Positions 12,030-24,400 of a stretch of 64,000 bases of DNA are shown here, piece by piece. Position 1 is the stretch's first letter. Every line of letters begins with the position of its first letter. Source of the stretch: Pelomyxa schiedti (Eukaryota > Protista > Evosea). The stretch covers positions 1 to 64,000 of the forward strand of contig JAHLWZ010000815.1 in the NCBI GenBank assembly GCA_020536535.1, read 5' to 3'. Below the pieces are notes generated by a model. It saw only the letters and a list, made by a program, of their open reading frames with translations. It did no database searches and was not told where the DNA came from. The position numbers and the translations under genes were made by a program.

Positions 12030-12711
12030 TTACAGCTTGATTGCGAACTTGCGTGTGGGGTAGGCGGAGAGCTTCTTCTTCTCCTTGAGTGTCTTTTTGG
12101 CAAGTTGCTTTGGTGTGAGCTCGCGGCGCTTGGCTCGGGTCAATTTGGGCCTAAGGTCCAGAGGCTTGTACTTGTGTGTGCTGTAGTACTTCCTCAAGTG
12201 TGCCTTTTGTGTTTGGTTGATGACTGTCAGAACACGGGCAATAGACTTGCGGACAGTCTTTCTGTAAAAGGTTATGTGAGAATGTTGCTCGGTAGTAAAA
12301 AGGATGTATTTGGCGGGTGTTAGAGGCTGCAACAGTTACAGCGGTTTTTTGTGGTTAGTGTGAAGTGTGCGTTTTCTACACACATTTTAGCGAGCTTTGA
12401 GGGAGCACCACCAGTAACTTGGGCTACCCTGAGTTGACCCAACTCTGTCTTAAGCTCTTCAAGCTGCTTAAGCAAGTCGGTCTTCGACTTTTTTCTCAGT
12501 TCGTATGCCTTGACCTTGACTGCAGTAGGAGGCGAATTAATAAAGACAACAAAAAAGCGACACGAAACAAAAAAAAAAAACAACGCAAAGAACGCGAAAC
12601 GTTGTGTAACAACACCTCGCACATAACACCCACCAAGCCAACAAAAAAAACAAGAACAACGACAACAAAAAAATCGTGAGAATGGAGTGGCATGGTGGAT
12701 GCCGTACCCAT
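12030..12711 (-). CDS. RPL35: 60S ribosomal protein L35 (uL29)
   Basis: Spliced product [28 protein letters not shown]...[16 protein letters not shown]...[16 protein letters not shown]; two introns. Confidence 0.97.
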
Positions 12712-12960
12712 TTCGAACTGTGCGAGACTACACAAAGGGACTTGGTTGACCCTGGGGCTGCTGTAGGGGAAAACAAAAAAAAATCTTTTTGATCTCGGCG
12801 TCCCAAAGACGAAAATTAATTGCTTCTCATACCAATTGCACATGACAGTTACGTCAGTGCTATCGTTCTATTCTATCGTTAGAACCCGGTGATTTAGCAT
12901 AAAACAACTTCAAGGTTTGTGGTAAAGGGGAAAAAAAGTGGAGCTAGTTGAGACAGAATT

Positions 12961-15900
12961 CTATTTACACAGGAAGTTTAACCCACAGGAGGTCCACAGG
13001 TCACGTACCTCTGCCGTGTTGTCTCCCTCGCTTACAAGGAAGTTTGACATGCTCAAGTGTGCCTCATTCCACATTTCCACAAGAACATCTTGGCCCTGTG
13101 ATTAAGTGAGTTATTGAGATAGACTGCGCGGTAACTGACCTTCTCCCTGAGAATAGCACACAGTGCTACAGAGGCAATAAAGCCTGGATGAAGCGATTTT
13201 GTTGGTGTTGAGAGCAACTGTGAACACTGAAGGGAGACTTCCACAATGAAGAGAAAAGGGATGCATTGCTGCGAAGCAAGCCAGCCAACAATACTTAGCA
13301 CTTTGCGCCATGCATTTGGGTTGTCTAGTTCCAAATCCGGAAGATTTTTTACGGTTTCCTGTAGCCTGTTTGGAGTTGTGAACATTTTTTTCCCCCTGGT
13401 CTTGGTGTTGTTTACGCTGTGTTAAAGTGCTCAGTACAAAGAATATTAGCTCTATAAAGGGAATCTAACAGCCGGCATATTGTGGCTTGGTCCTTTTCCT
13501 TTCTCTGCAATATAAATACAACACTTTGAGAGATAATCTTTTACAAGACAAAATTGTTAACTCCATCAATTTGGGAAACAAAAAGATAAAATTACCTGTG
13601 ATTGGGATTCCGTGCCTAATTCTTTTACACACTCTATGGCATTGTCCAGATCCAAGGAAACGAGATATTCTTGGAGGAGCATGTCAATGCGGTCTAAGAT
13701 ATCTACTGATTGTTTTTCTGTGGAATTCGTAGCATTTGGAACACTGCTAGAACTTGCAGTGAGAGCCAATACAGAGGGCGGGTGCTGCTCTTGATGCTCT
13801 TGAACTTGTTGTACAACTGGTGAATCGAGGGCGACGTCTGAGTCACCGTGGTATTCCTCTATATGCAATAGTTGGTAATGGGATCATAACCCCAATGGGA
13901 ATACCATCGCCGTCCAGTTCAAGAAGTGAAGGCATGGCTGACTCGGGTACAGTACCCACTGAAAGAGGGGAGATTGTGGGAAATGGTGCATGCACAAAAT
14001 CTGGGTTTCCAGGTGGAGACACTGATGTTGGAGCCCAATCACCACACGAAGATACCCGCCGATGTGAGCGAACGTAGGGTGCAGAGTTGGTAGAAGCCCA
14101 GCCTGATTTCAGGTTTTAGGTAAGAACAAAGACGTTGAGGAACAAACTTGGAACAGGTGGTGCGGTTGGAGCTGTCGTAGTAACAATAGAGCGTCTTTCT
14201 ACATATAGATAAGGAAGGGGAAAAAAGGAGTATTGAACAACTGTTTGGTGAAGGAGAAGCCCGTGAAGGGAAACGGTTTCTCAGTTGAGTTAGTTTTTCC
14301 TCATCTTCAGCCTTCAGAGATGCGATTATTCAACTAGAGTTTTCCACAAGATATTACACACAGATTTATTCCGAACTCCAGGTTTTAAACTTTCTATTGA
14401 TCTGGGTTTCCATGAATTGGCTCGTAGATCAGATAGATCCTAGAAAAAGGTAAACACAAAACCCAACAACTCGAAAGAAGGCACAAGCATCATGAACTTT
14501 ATTCGAGGAGTTAAGGATTCATCAGTCTGAAGTCTTTTTATTTGACTGAAGATATCCTGAATCATCTTTAGGAACTACAAAAAAGCTAGAGTTTTTTGAT
14601 ACATCCAGTAAAGGGTGTCCGTCAGGTGACTCTAGTTGACCACTAGCAGTAACAATGAGTTTGTGAAGTAGTTCAAGTTCAAACTAGAAAATTAAGTTAT
14701 TTCAAGATGTGAAACTTCGTGCATACTTCGGGATTTTCAGATTTGGGAAAGAAATCCAGGAATTTCTTAGCACAACCAAGAACGATAAACTTGGGTAAAA
14801 GGTCAACTTTGAAAAGCTCTCCAATAAAAAGAGCAGCTGTGCAGAAGATGAGATTTGCAGTTCCGAACCACTGAACATACTTCCAAGTACTCGTTTCTTC
14901 TTCCTATCGGCATATTCTTCATCATCTCTTGAATCAGGGCGAACAAAAATCTCCGTGTTGCATCGATTTAACAGTAATCTTCTAAAAGTCTTTGTAATTC
15001 CCAAGGTTAGGCGGAAATTCTATCAAATAAATCAACCTGTCTGGTTCCATTCTCGATGAAGGAGGGGTATATAAGGGCCAACTCGCGAGCCAATATGGCG
15101 TACATTGGTGTGAATTTCACTTCATTGACAGCTTTATTGAAAATCATTAAAACTGCACCATCAAGGATCTGATGTAATAGGGTTAATCAGCTTCCATACA
15201 AAGTTACATGGAAAAACAACCTCATAGGAAGGGACATTAATTGCCATGATTTCCACTAGAAGAATGTCGAAATTCTCCAGAGTGAGCTTATTTAAAATTC
15301 TACCAACATCAGTTGAAAATGGATGAAGTCATCTCCATACCCAGTAATCTTGTTTAAAGTTGTACGATTTGCTTGTGTGGAATTAGTAGGCTCAGTAGGA
15401 CGGGTCCAAATGTCCTGACGTGTCTGCAAGACCCATTTTAAATACAATAGACCGAAGAAAATGGAAAAGACCTGATCATTATGCCGGTTCCTTGCCCCAT
15501 CCCAACTTGAATGTTTCCAATCCCTTGAACGTTCATTTTCACGCTACTTGGTTCAGTTTACTTTAAGGGAAAGCTTTTTACCTGTTCGTAGATGCCCTGA
15601 TGATCACCAGAAAAAAAAAGTTTCTCGATTGTTACAGTCAGGCCTGCAGGTTTATTGGTGTAAGTCTGAAAAGGTGTTAGTTATCATCATAAGTAAGAAA
15701 GGAAATGACCCACAGGTTTGAAGGACATCAGAAAGTCTAAAGAGTAACTTCGTTTGTTTGAATCTTGACTCTCATCCACACCCTAGAATGGTGAGAACAA
15801 CTTACACTGCATAAATAATCTAACTACATGCTCTTCCAGTGGGGCAGTCTGTGGTTGTGAGTAAGAGTAAGGAATAAGACTTCCATTCAACTTGAACACA

Positions 15901-18725
15901 GTGTGAGTAGAGGTTGTCAAGTGTGCAACCATGGTGTGGTTTTCTGTTAAAATTGGAGAATCCTTGAGATTGTCACCATCGGCAGACAGTACTGGGGTAA
16001 AACTGGTGCCCTGTTTGGCAGAATCTAACAATTTCATCATAGTGCTATACTGGCCTAAAAGTGTCCCTTCCTGAAATAAGTGTTTGAAAGATTAACAGAA
16101 GTCGTTAGGTAATACCAGGCAAGCAATTTGTACAGTAGAGGAATAAGTGTAAGGGCCACCAACCCCACTTGCCTTAACACTCACTCGTAATTCTGAGGGA
16201 ATTGGGTGCTTAAATTCTGTGAAGAGGTTTATTTGTTCTCCATCATATATGGGTTTATTGTATGGCCCTGTTGAAACAAAGTGGGTAAGAGGTGGGAAGG
16301 GTACAAAGGCCAAATACCTGACATGGGGGACAAATCAACAGTGGGGTCGTTGCATTCCCAACTCAATGTAACGTCAGACAAAACTACATGTGCTAGGCGT
16401 GAGAATTGTCTGCTCACACAGCCCTCGAGTTCAGTTCCAGAAATAACGTGCTCGAGGGCCCCACTCCCACAAGATGCAAGTTCAGAATACTGAGTTGTGT
16501 CAAAGGGGAAAATAAGAAAAAATAGCAAAGCAGTTTTACCGTTGGAAAATCACAGTCGTCACCAATAAAAAGAATAAGAAGTCTTGTGTGACTTCGTGAG
16601 GTTTGACGTAAGTTGCTAAAAGTCTGTGAAAGATCGGCGGTTCGCTTCCCGCCAGTGATGTAAACAATTTGCCTTATTCATCATTAAAATGACCTCAATT
16701 GATGAAGGGACGTTACCTCAAACCACGTCTCAGTTCTGGAAGAAGGTGAACGGACAGGGACTCTGAGGCTTGGGTAGGTGAAGAATGTAAGTACTGCAGG
16801 AACTGTGCAGCAATTTTGAGGGCATCTTCAGAAGATTGGGTCGGGCAATTAAAGCAGCTCACAATTGGGTGGTCTGGGGTACTACCTAATGAATACCTCT
16901 ATTTAAAATTCGACTATTACAGTCTTTGGATATATGAAGGCCATACAGAAAATATTGAATGGAGTTGAAGTAGAAATCATTCTCATAAGAGACAGAAATA
17001 AAAGGAGAGAGGACTGTGCAAGTGATAGAACTTCTTCAGTTTGGCCACAGTCAACTATAAAAAGAACTTCACCTTAATGAAATGTGAATTTCTATCAGGA
17101 GCCAAGTAAGAAGTGAATACCTTCAGGAATTTTCTGTCTGCAATTAAAGATTGGATGCAATTTAATTAGAACTGGCGCAACAGTTGACGTGGGTGAAGCA
17201 GTGAGTTTTGGAACTGGCATTGGTTGATAAAGTAGTCTTGTAGAAAGTGGCATGGCTGAATATACAAGAACAACCAAGTCAGTTGGACTTTCTTTGTAAC
17301 TTCATGTGTTTAAGTATACAGTGTAGAAAATGTGCTGTGCGAAGTGCTTGTTGTAGAAGAATGTTAAACTGTACCCTTCCTTTAGATCAAATGCTGCGCG
17401 GGTGAGCATTGGAGTTTCGTAAGTGACTGAAGTGATGTGATGGGTTGGCGATGTGACTTGAAGTATTTCTGATGACATGCCAATCAAGTACGACAAACTT
17501 GAGGACTGGAAAACATGTCTTATTGTTTTTTAGGATTGCTATAACAAAAGAAGAAACCTTGGCGGCAGTAAGTAATTTGGTAAGACCAAACGTGCAGCAT
17601 TTCCTTGAAGTGGTATGTCATGCAAAAACTCCAATTTGATAGAGATTCGCTTCCATTTGGATGTAACCTACAAGAAGAGATATATGCAAATCCTGAAAGT
17701 GAAGAAAGTGAAGATAATGCTACCTCCAAGTCAAATGCATAACAACCCTGGGGATAATCTTTCCTTATGGTTGGGCATGCCATTTCACTACTTGATGAAG
17801 TTGTATCACAAGGTTTTGGGACTGGTATAACTTTGGCAAAAATCTCAGCATGGTCATCCACAACGGCGCTGCCAGCCGTCACCCTTCCCATAATTCCGCG
17901 AGGAAACCTCGCTCTCACCTTTGTGAGTCTGTTTCTGTCCGTTCTTTTCCTCTTTTTCCTTGCCACACTTGACAGTCCGTGTGTAGGTGACCTTCGGAGC
18001 TTAGCTGCGCCAGAACCCCCAGGACAGTCTCCTCCACTCTCATTATCTGCATTCCCATCATTTTCGTCATCTCCATCATACTGATGGTCAGAAGATTCTC
18101 CCCCTTCCTCTGGTAGCTGCTGTGGTTGCTGCTGCTGCATTGGCTGTTCCAGGTTTTGCTTCTGCGCATGCAACTGCGCTATTTGCTGCAACTGCTGCTG
18201 CAGCTGCTGCAACTTGTCCCGCTCCTTCTCCTGCTGGTCCAGCGGCGTCGCCGCGGCCTCCCCGCCGCCGCTCGCCACCGCCTCGGGGATGCCGCCGCAC
18301 AGCCGGTGCGTCGGCGGCGGCGACGGCAGGCGGCGCCTGCGGCTGCCGCCCCCGCTTGCCCCCGCGCCCGCGCCCGCGCCCGGGCTCGAGCTCGAGCCGC
18401 CGCTCATCTGCAGCACCCTGTTGTTTGTCGCCTGCTGCTGCCCGGCGTTGACAAAGTGCCACCACACCGTCGTCTTGGCCGCGCACTGCTCCACGACGCC
18501 GTCGACCACGACGCGGTCCAGGCGCGCGCGGCCGCCCGTGCACGCGCCGCACCGGCTCGACCGCGTGCGCGACCGCGACCTCGCGTCCGCCGCCGTCGCG
18601 GGCGCCTGCTGCTGCCCCACCACGTCGTCCCCGCACTCGTCGCTGTTGCTCTCGTTGTCGTTGTTGCTGCTCCCGCCGCTCGTGTCCTCCTCATCAAACA
18701 CCCACATCTTGGCGGTCTCCTCCAC
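12961..18725 (-). CDS. VIT-vWA(degenerate)-eIF4G-like fusion protein (eIF4E-binding motif, MIF4G, MA3)
   Basis: VIT-like: LDRVVVDGVVEQCAAKTTVWWHFVN. vWA: GEVLFIVDCGQT...LLLFLSLM...PFNIF. 4E motif: KRSYSLDFLMSF at about 15720-15755. MIF4G: ILNKLTLENFD...IFNKAVNEVKFTPMYAILAREL...FRRLLLNRC...FIGELFK...PRIKFMMLDL. MA3: MLLQEYLVSLDLDNAIECVKELG. Stop TAG at 12961. Confidence 0.8.
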
Positions 18726-18981
18726 CCTTCCTTCTTTCGTGTTTTGTTTCGTTATCCAAGGGTTAAAAGAAACAACACCGAAGATCGACGCCTACGAAAA
18801 GGAGGAAAACACGAAAATAAAAAAAAAAAACAAAGTTTAAAAACATTGTTGATTTGTGTGAAGGCACACAGCAGCGTGTATGTGTTGTGGTGAGGTGAGG
18901 TGGGGGCGAATTTGTGTGGCTGTTTGAGTGTTGGTGGTGGATTTTAACTTATTACGAGGAGAGTGCGGCTGGGGGTGGGAT

Positions 18982-20608
18982 TTAGGTTCCTTTGCGTGAG
19001 CGCTTCGATGTTGTGGGTGCTGGCTCTTCATCGCTGCTACTACTGCTGCTGCTGCTGCTGCTTCCGGAGCTGCTCTCACTCTTTCCGCGCCTACGGGTTT
19101 TGCTGGATGTGCTCTTTGTCGTGGTTGTGCTGGACTTTGGCTTGGATGAGCTACCAGATTTGGGCTTGGTCTTGCTCTTGCTCTTGGTCTTGGTTTCTTC
19201 TTCACTGGAGTCGGAGTCACTTTTCTTGGCAGATTTTCCTTTAGGGGCTGGTTCTTCAGGCTTTGTGGTCTTGTCTGGCTTTGCTGTTTCAGGCTTCTCT
19301 GGCTTGGATTTCCCTGGCTTTTCAGGTTTTTCTGGCTCAGCCGGCTTGCCGGACTTGGCAGGTTTGGGTGCCTCAGGAGGCCCCTCGGGTTCCTCTGCCG
19401 GTACAGTTGATGATTTACTGGGGGACCCGGGTTCCGCTTCAGAAGGTTTATCGGCTGCTTCTTCGTTTTCGGGTTTGGTGCCCTCTTCCTCACTTCCGGA
19501 TTCGGGCTTCTTTGCCTTGGCCTTGGTTTTCCTCTTTGTACCCGGGGAAGTTTTTCTCCTCTTTCTTTTTGTCCTTTCTGACGCCAGACCATCAGTTTCG
19601 CCATTCAGGAACCCAATGATGCGTTGTATTACAACTTTCTTCACACCAATTTGCTTGAGTTTATGTTCCTTGCACCACTTGACCAGGTCCTCTGTGGAAT
19701 GCATAAGATAAAAACATAAAAATTACAACAGTACCGATGTTGTAATACTGATGAAGGTCGGCAGCTGAGACACCCTTTTCAATATCGGGTTTGTGCTTGC
19801 TTACCTTGGGAACCTTGGATACCTTCTTAGCGACTTTGGAAATCTAATACCATTTAGACCAAAATCTTGAGCAATCAATGGGAATACATGGCCAGTAGTG
19901 ATTGCTTCCAGAAGTTGTTGCTTGTGGTGTGCCTTGGAAACGGTGTGACCCAAAGCCTTTGCCACGTCATAAAGAAGAACTGGATCCAACTTGTAGTTCC
20001 GTAAGTCTCACGTTACATGGTCAGAAATAACATACCCAATGGAAGAAGTTTTCAATTCCAGTTTCCACGATTTTATCCATGATTGCTGAACGAAGCTCAT
20101 CCTCATCCCTTCATTGTAGTTTGGCAAATAGCTACCCATTGCAGAGTACAAACTTTTCATCACTTAGTTCAGGAGCAATCGTTTCCAGAGTGGCTTTTCC
20201 ACAAGTTTGAAGGAATTTCTTTTGAAGATAAATAAACGAGCGAATAGGACGGAAAAGAAACCTCGAGACCGTCGCGTTCTACAAGACCTTGCACGGTTTT
20301 AACATAGGCAGCTTTAGACGTGTATTTGGGTTCATCAGCAGAGAGAATAGTTTTCAACTCGCTTTTATGAAGTGATTCAAAAAACCGAGACACTCCGGTG
20401 TGTATCATGTGTGCTTCCTGGGAGGGCATTAAAATAGGGGGGGGGGGGGGGGGGGGGGGGGGGGAAAGAGATCTACGAGTGCTTCATTTTGAGCAGCCCT
20501 CCTCACTTCTTTCCTATCACTCCTTACGTATTCAATGTTGTGTGCGCTCAACAGGCGATCTTTGATACTGCCGGAAAGTTTGGTCTTCAACTCCTCGAGT
20601 TTCTGCAT
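18982..20608 (-). CDS. Probable chromatin/nuclear protein with a SAP-like helix-extension-helix and a Lys/Ser/Glu/Pro-rich tail
   Basis: Spliced exons from MQKLEELKTK. TEDLVKWCKEHKLKQIGVKKVVIQRIIGFL is SAP-like. There is a basic NLS-like RTKRKRRK. Confidence 0.65.
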
Positions 20609-21129
20609 GGCGTGTGGCGGGGTGGATTTTTTTTATTTTTGTGAATGTGTTGCGTGTGGGTGGTTTGTTTTTTTGTTCTGTTTGTTTGTTTTGCTTTCTT
20701 TTGTTTGCTTCCCCTTCTTTGACCTTCCCCGAACGGATCAAAACAAAAGCGCTTTTTTGGAGGTGAAGGTTGCGCACTCGCGAAATGCCAGTTGCCGGAG
20801 ATCCAACTATGTTGGCCTTGACCCACAATTCTCCCACTCCCTGGCCTGTGGTATCAACGCAGAGCTGCCATTTTTGGTTGATCGGTGTCAGATTTGTGAC
20901 GCAACAGAAACAGTGACACTACTGCCCTGCGAGGTTTGCCACACAAACTCCTATTAAATCTCCAACGGTGGGGCAGGTGAGATCTGGTGCTCTTTCGGGC
21001 CAAGATATGAGTAGCAACAACAGTCATCGTAAGAACGGTTGCGTGGGTGGATCTACACATCTTGCAGTATGTTGGTCTCTTTTGTGGTACATACTTCTTA
21101 GTCATGTACACAGGAGAGCGCCGGTGTTG

Positions 21130-22070
21130 TCGCACTTAAAGGTTCTTATGGATCCTCTACTTCAGTGCAACAACTGTTTCCTTCCGCTGATGATCTAAGC
21201 GTTCGGGACACGCAAGTACCATTTCAGTTCTCTCCGCCAACATCCTCGCTGTCATCTCTTCCGCCGCTACTACTGATTGACGAAAATGGCTCACTATCAA
21301 CAATAGCCAAACCGGTTTGGGCTTCCCTACCTCGTACTCGTATTTCCTATGGGGTGGATAGCCGTGTGCTGGACGCAGTTATTGCAAGCCCACCCCGGCA
21401 TGTATTTGCTTTGGCATTGGCTTCTCACCCACGATGTGGAATGAACTCACTTACACTGATATGGCGTTGGTGTGTGAGTAACGAACCTGTGAAGAAAATG
21501 GCAGTTGCGGAATTATTTGGACAAACCAACCCATACGTAATAACATTTGCTCTATCACCATCGTCACTTGAGATTTCTGAAGGCGTTGAGGTGCATGAAA
21601 TGGACACAAATACCAAAAAGTTTAATTATGCAACACAGAGAGGAGTCACACAGTCTCTTTTACTCTGCATGATATTGCCACTGGGAACCCCCTGAAAACC
21701 ATCACCGGCCTACCTCCACCTCATAGCTGAAATTGAAAGTGATGAGAGTTTGCTACCACTAGATGTTAATTTCAACAAAACTATTCTGGCTCTGTGACAT
21801 GCACTAACCTTCAATGGAGAGGTGGAACGCTGCGTTGGATGGAGAAACACAATGGTGAGGAAGTTTGAACTCTATGAAATATGCGGGCTCACAGGGAACG
21901 CAACCAAGCTGAAAACCATTCGACCCGACAATCTGCAGATGCCCCAAGTAGGCATACAAAATATGGTACCTGAGGAGAATTGACATCGCTTTTTTGTTGA
22001 AGGAAAACTTGCTTTTGAAGACTTCCAGGAATTTCCAAGTTACGCGCCGGGTTTGTAGTTTTTGGTGACA
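21130..22070 (+). pseudogene. Decayed, internally deleted paralog of the 22254-23720 gene
   Basis: It shares DTQVPFQFSPPTSSLSSLP, FALALASHPRCGM, IWRWCV, DVNFNKTI, FELYEICGLTGNATKL and LRRID with the neighbour. It also has stops, frameshifts and missing blocks. Confidence 0.8.
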
Positions 22071-22253
22071 AGCGGGGCACTTCATGAATGAGTGACAGCA
22101 AATTAAAATAAAAAGAAGCACACGGTCACCAGATCTCATCTTCCTCGTCTCAAGACATGAGCCGTGAAGGCAGTCGTAGAGCTAAGCACCTTGTCGTATG
22201 TTGCTGCGTGCGTCTTTTTTGTAAGATCCTTACTTTGTAACCCCGATAAAAAG

Positions 22254-23720
22254 ATGATGGAGAGTGTAAGTGTAGTACGATTCAATTGTACCAAGAGAAG
22301 GAGACTTGATTCGGGTTCTACGTCAGGCAATGTTGATCACGAGATCCGCGACACGCGAGTACCATTTCCGATCTCTCCCCCAACGTCCTCACTGTCATCT
22401 TTGCCAAGATCCATCGTTCGCGCACATGGACCCTCTTCATCAAAAGCGAAGCGGCCCGTTTCTGCCCCTCGATCTCGTATCTTATTTGGATCTGGCGCAG
22501 TTGTAGCACTCCCTCCTCCCCGATTTAGGTTTGTTCTGGCGTTGGCGTCTCACCCGCGTTGTGGCATGTCAAGCACTGCAATTCACGTGGCTCGTAACTC
22601 TCATCTGCTGTGGCTAATATGGCGGTGGTGTGTGAAGCTACAACCTGACAAGCGCATGGCAGTTGCGGTTCACTCGCGGTCTTCAGGGAGCCAACCGCGC
22701 TTGATCAAATTTACGTTCTCACCAGCTTCACATGAGGTTACTGGAGATGTTGAGGTGCAGGATATGGACAGAAACACCAGAGAGTTCAATGACGGTCAAT
22801 TTGGCATGACAGTAGACCCCGTACGTGTGGGTGGCAACACAGTCTCTTTGATTGCTCATGATAGAGATACTGGGTGCCCGAGAGTAACACTGAGAGACCT
22901 TCCTCCAAATGCGGAATACAATTGCAATGGAAAGTGGTTTGTATGGAGTGACGAGATTCCTGGAATGCACTTTGCTGTGCTTAAGCTTGAGAATCTCAGC
23001 TTTTCCAATGTAACCCGCGATTGTAGATGCATGCCTATGGACATCAACTTTAACAAAACAATTACTGACCAGGTGGCAGTGCCCCTTCTCCAATTTGCCA
23101 GTCTGGATACCTGCGAACATACATTGATTCTGACTGTGGTTGACCTTGAAAAGACCTGTGCCACAGAAAGCCTCACTCTCGTCAGTTCTGTAGCGTGCAA
23201 TAATCTCAAATGGAAGGGTGGAAGAGTACGTTGGATGAAGAAACGCAACGGTGAGGACGTGTTCTTTGTCACAGCAGACCCTCCGTATCAAGAAGAAAGC
23301 TTTGAACTGTTTTCCATATGCGGACTCACAGGAAAAGCAACAAAGCTGGAAACCATTCAACCCGACACCTTGGACATGTCTCAAGTGAACGAGTCACTCC
23401 TGTGCGTCAGCTACAAACGGGCCAAGGCATACGAAATATGGGACTGCAACAACACCGCCGCCCCGCTGAGGAGGATTGACATTGCCAAAGGCACAACAGT
23501 GTGGGGTGATGAGGGCCTTCTGTTCCTTGTGTCAACACGCAGGGTCAAAGTGAAGGAAGCTCTTGCTGGTCGCACCGTTCTCGTAGTGAATATTCCTGAC
23601 TATAAGATCAGCTGGCTGTCTTCAATCAATGGACACTGTCCTGAAGGCGGAATGTGCAAGATACTAGACCGACGAACGATGCTGCTGGCGAGCCTCAATC
23701 TATTCGCCAGCCATTGGTAA
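22254..23720 (+). CDS. Intronless uncharacterised protein (LASHPRCG / WDCNNT motif family), probable beta-rich C-terminal domain
   Basis: Uninterrupted ORF of about 490 aa with two related copies on either side. Confidence 0.8.
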   Translation: MMESVSVVRFNCTKRRRLDSGSTSGNVDHEIRDTRVPFPISPPTSSLSSLPRSIVRAHGPSSSKAKRPVSAPRSRILFGSGAVVALPPPRFRFVLALASHPRCGMSSTAIHVARNSHLLWLIWRWCVKLQPDKRMAVAVHSRSSGSQPRLIKFTFSPASHEVTGDVEVQDMDRNTREFNDGQFGMTVDPVRVGGNTVSLIAHDRDTGCPRVTLRDLPPNAEYNCNGKWFVWSDEIPGMHFAVLKLENLSFSNVTRDCRCMPMDINFNKTITDQVAVPLLQFASLDTCEHTLILTVVDLEKTCATESLTLVSSVACNNLKWKGGRVRWMKKRNGEDVFFVTADPPYQEESFELFSICGLTGKATKLETIQPDTLDMSQVNESLLCVSYKRAKAYEIWDCNNTAAPLRRIDIAKGTTVWGDEGLLFLVSTRRVKVKEALAGRTVLVVNIPDYKISWLSSINGHCPEGGMCKILDRRTMLLASLNLFASHW

Positions 23721-23766
23721 ACAAGACTGTAAATAAATGGTTTCTTGCCACCCTTCCTAAAACTAG

Positions 23767-24400
23767 TCACTCCTTTCGTGCTCCTAAAGTGTGATTGATT
23801 GGTATTAATGATATAGACTCGATGCACCACACACATCCCACATCCCACCACCGTAGAATCCGTGTTTGGTGAGCGGTGTTCCACTTTGAAAGCAAAAATA
23901 AAGTAACAACTGTTTCGTTGCCGAAAACTATCGCCTCCAGGTCGATGTCGTGTGGTTCCTGGCATTTGAACTTCAGAATTGGCTCCCCTGACTGGTAGTC
24001 AACAACCACAATGGCGTCATTACACACATGGTACAGGAAACCAGCCTGAGCAAAAGCATTGTATTGACTTTGGCCCAGTTTCACAGTAGCTGCAGGTTGT
24101 GATGTATTATTGCAGTCCCACATTTCAATGGTATGGCTTGAATACACGGCGTACTCTTTGAGTCTTTGAGATAGATCATGAGCAACAGCGGGCCTTGGTG
24201 TTGGTTGTTGTGGCCACAGCGTGCAGTGTGGTGACTCATTACATGAATGTACGCAAGTAACGCTTGTTGGGTCATTGGTGTGCCCATCCACCCAGGCCTG
24301 GGTGCATGTGAATGGGTGTGGTGACAGAGAGTGATTGGTGCTCACGACAAGTACCTGGACCAAATGGTCTCTTCCCTCAGCCTTTTGTTTTTGTGAAAAC
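23767..24400 (-). pseudogene. C-terminal fragment of a divergent WDCNNT-family paralog
   Basis: HDLSQRL...IEMWDCNNTSQP...AGFLYHV...DYQSGEPIL aligns with DMSQVN...EIWDCNNTAAP...EGLLFLV...EALAGRTVL. No N-terminal part is evident. Confidence 0.6.

Noticed and set aside
18088-19711. Long overlapping ORFs on both strands (also at 32368-33454, 45495-46256 and 54311-55959)
   Set aside because: They are shadow frames of GC-rich or low-complexity exons and have no independent domain signal.
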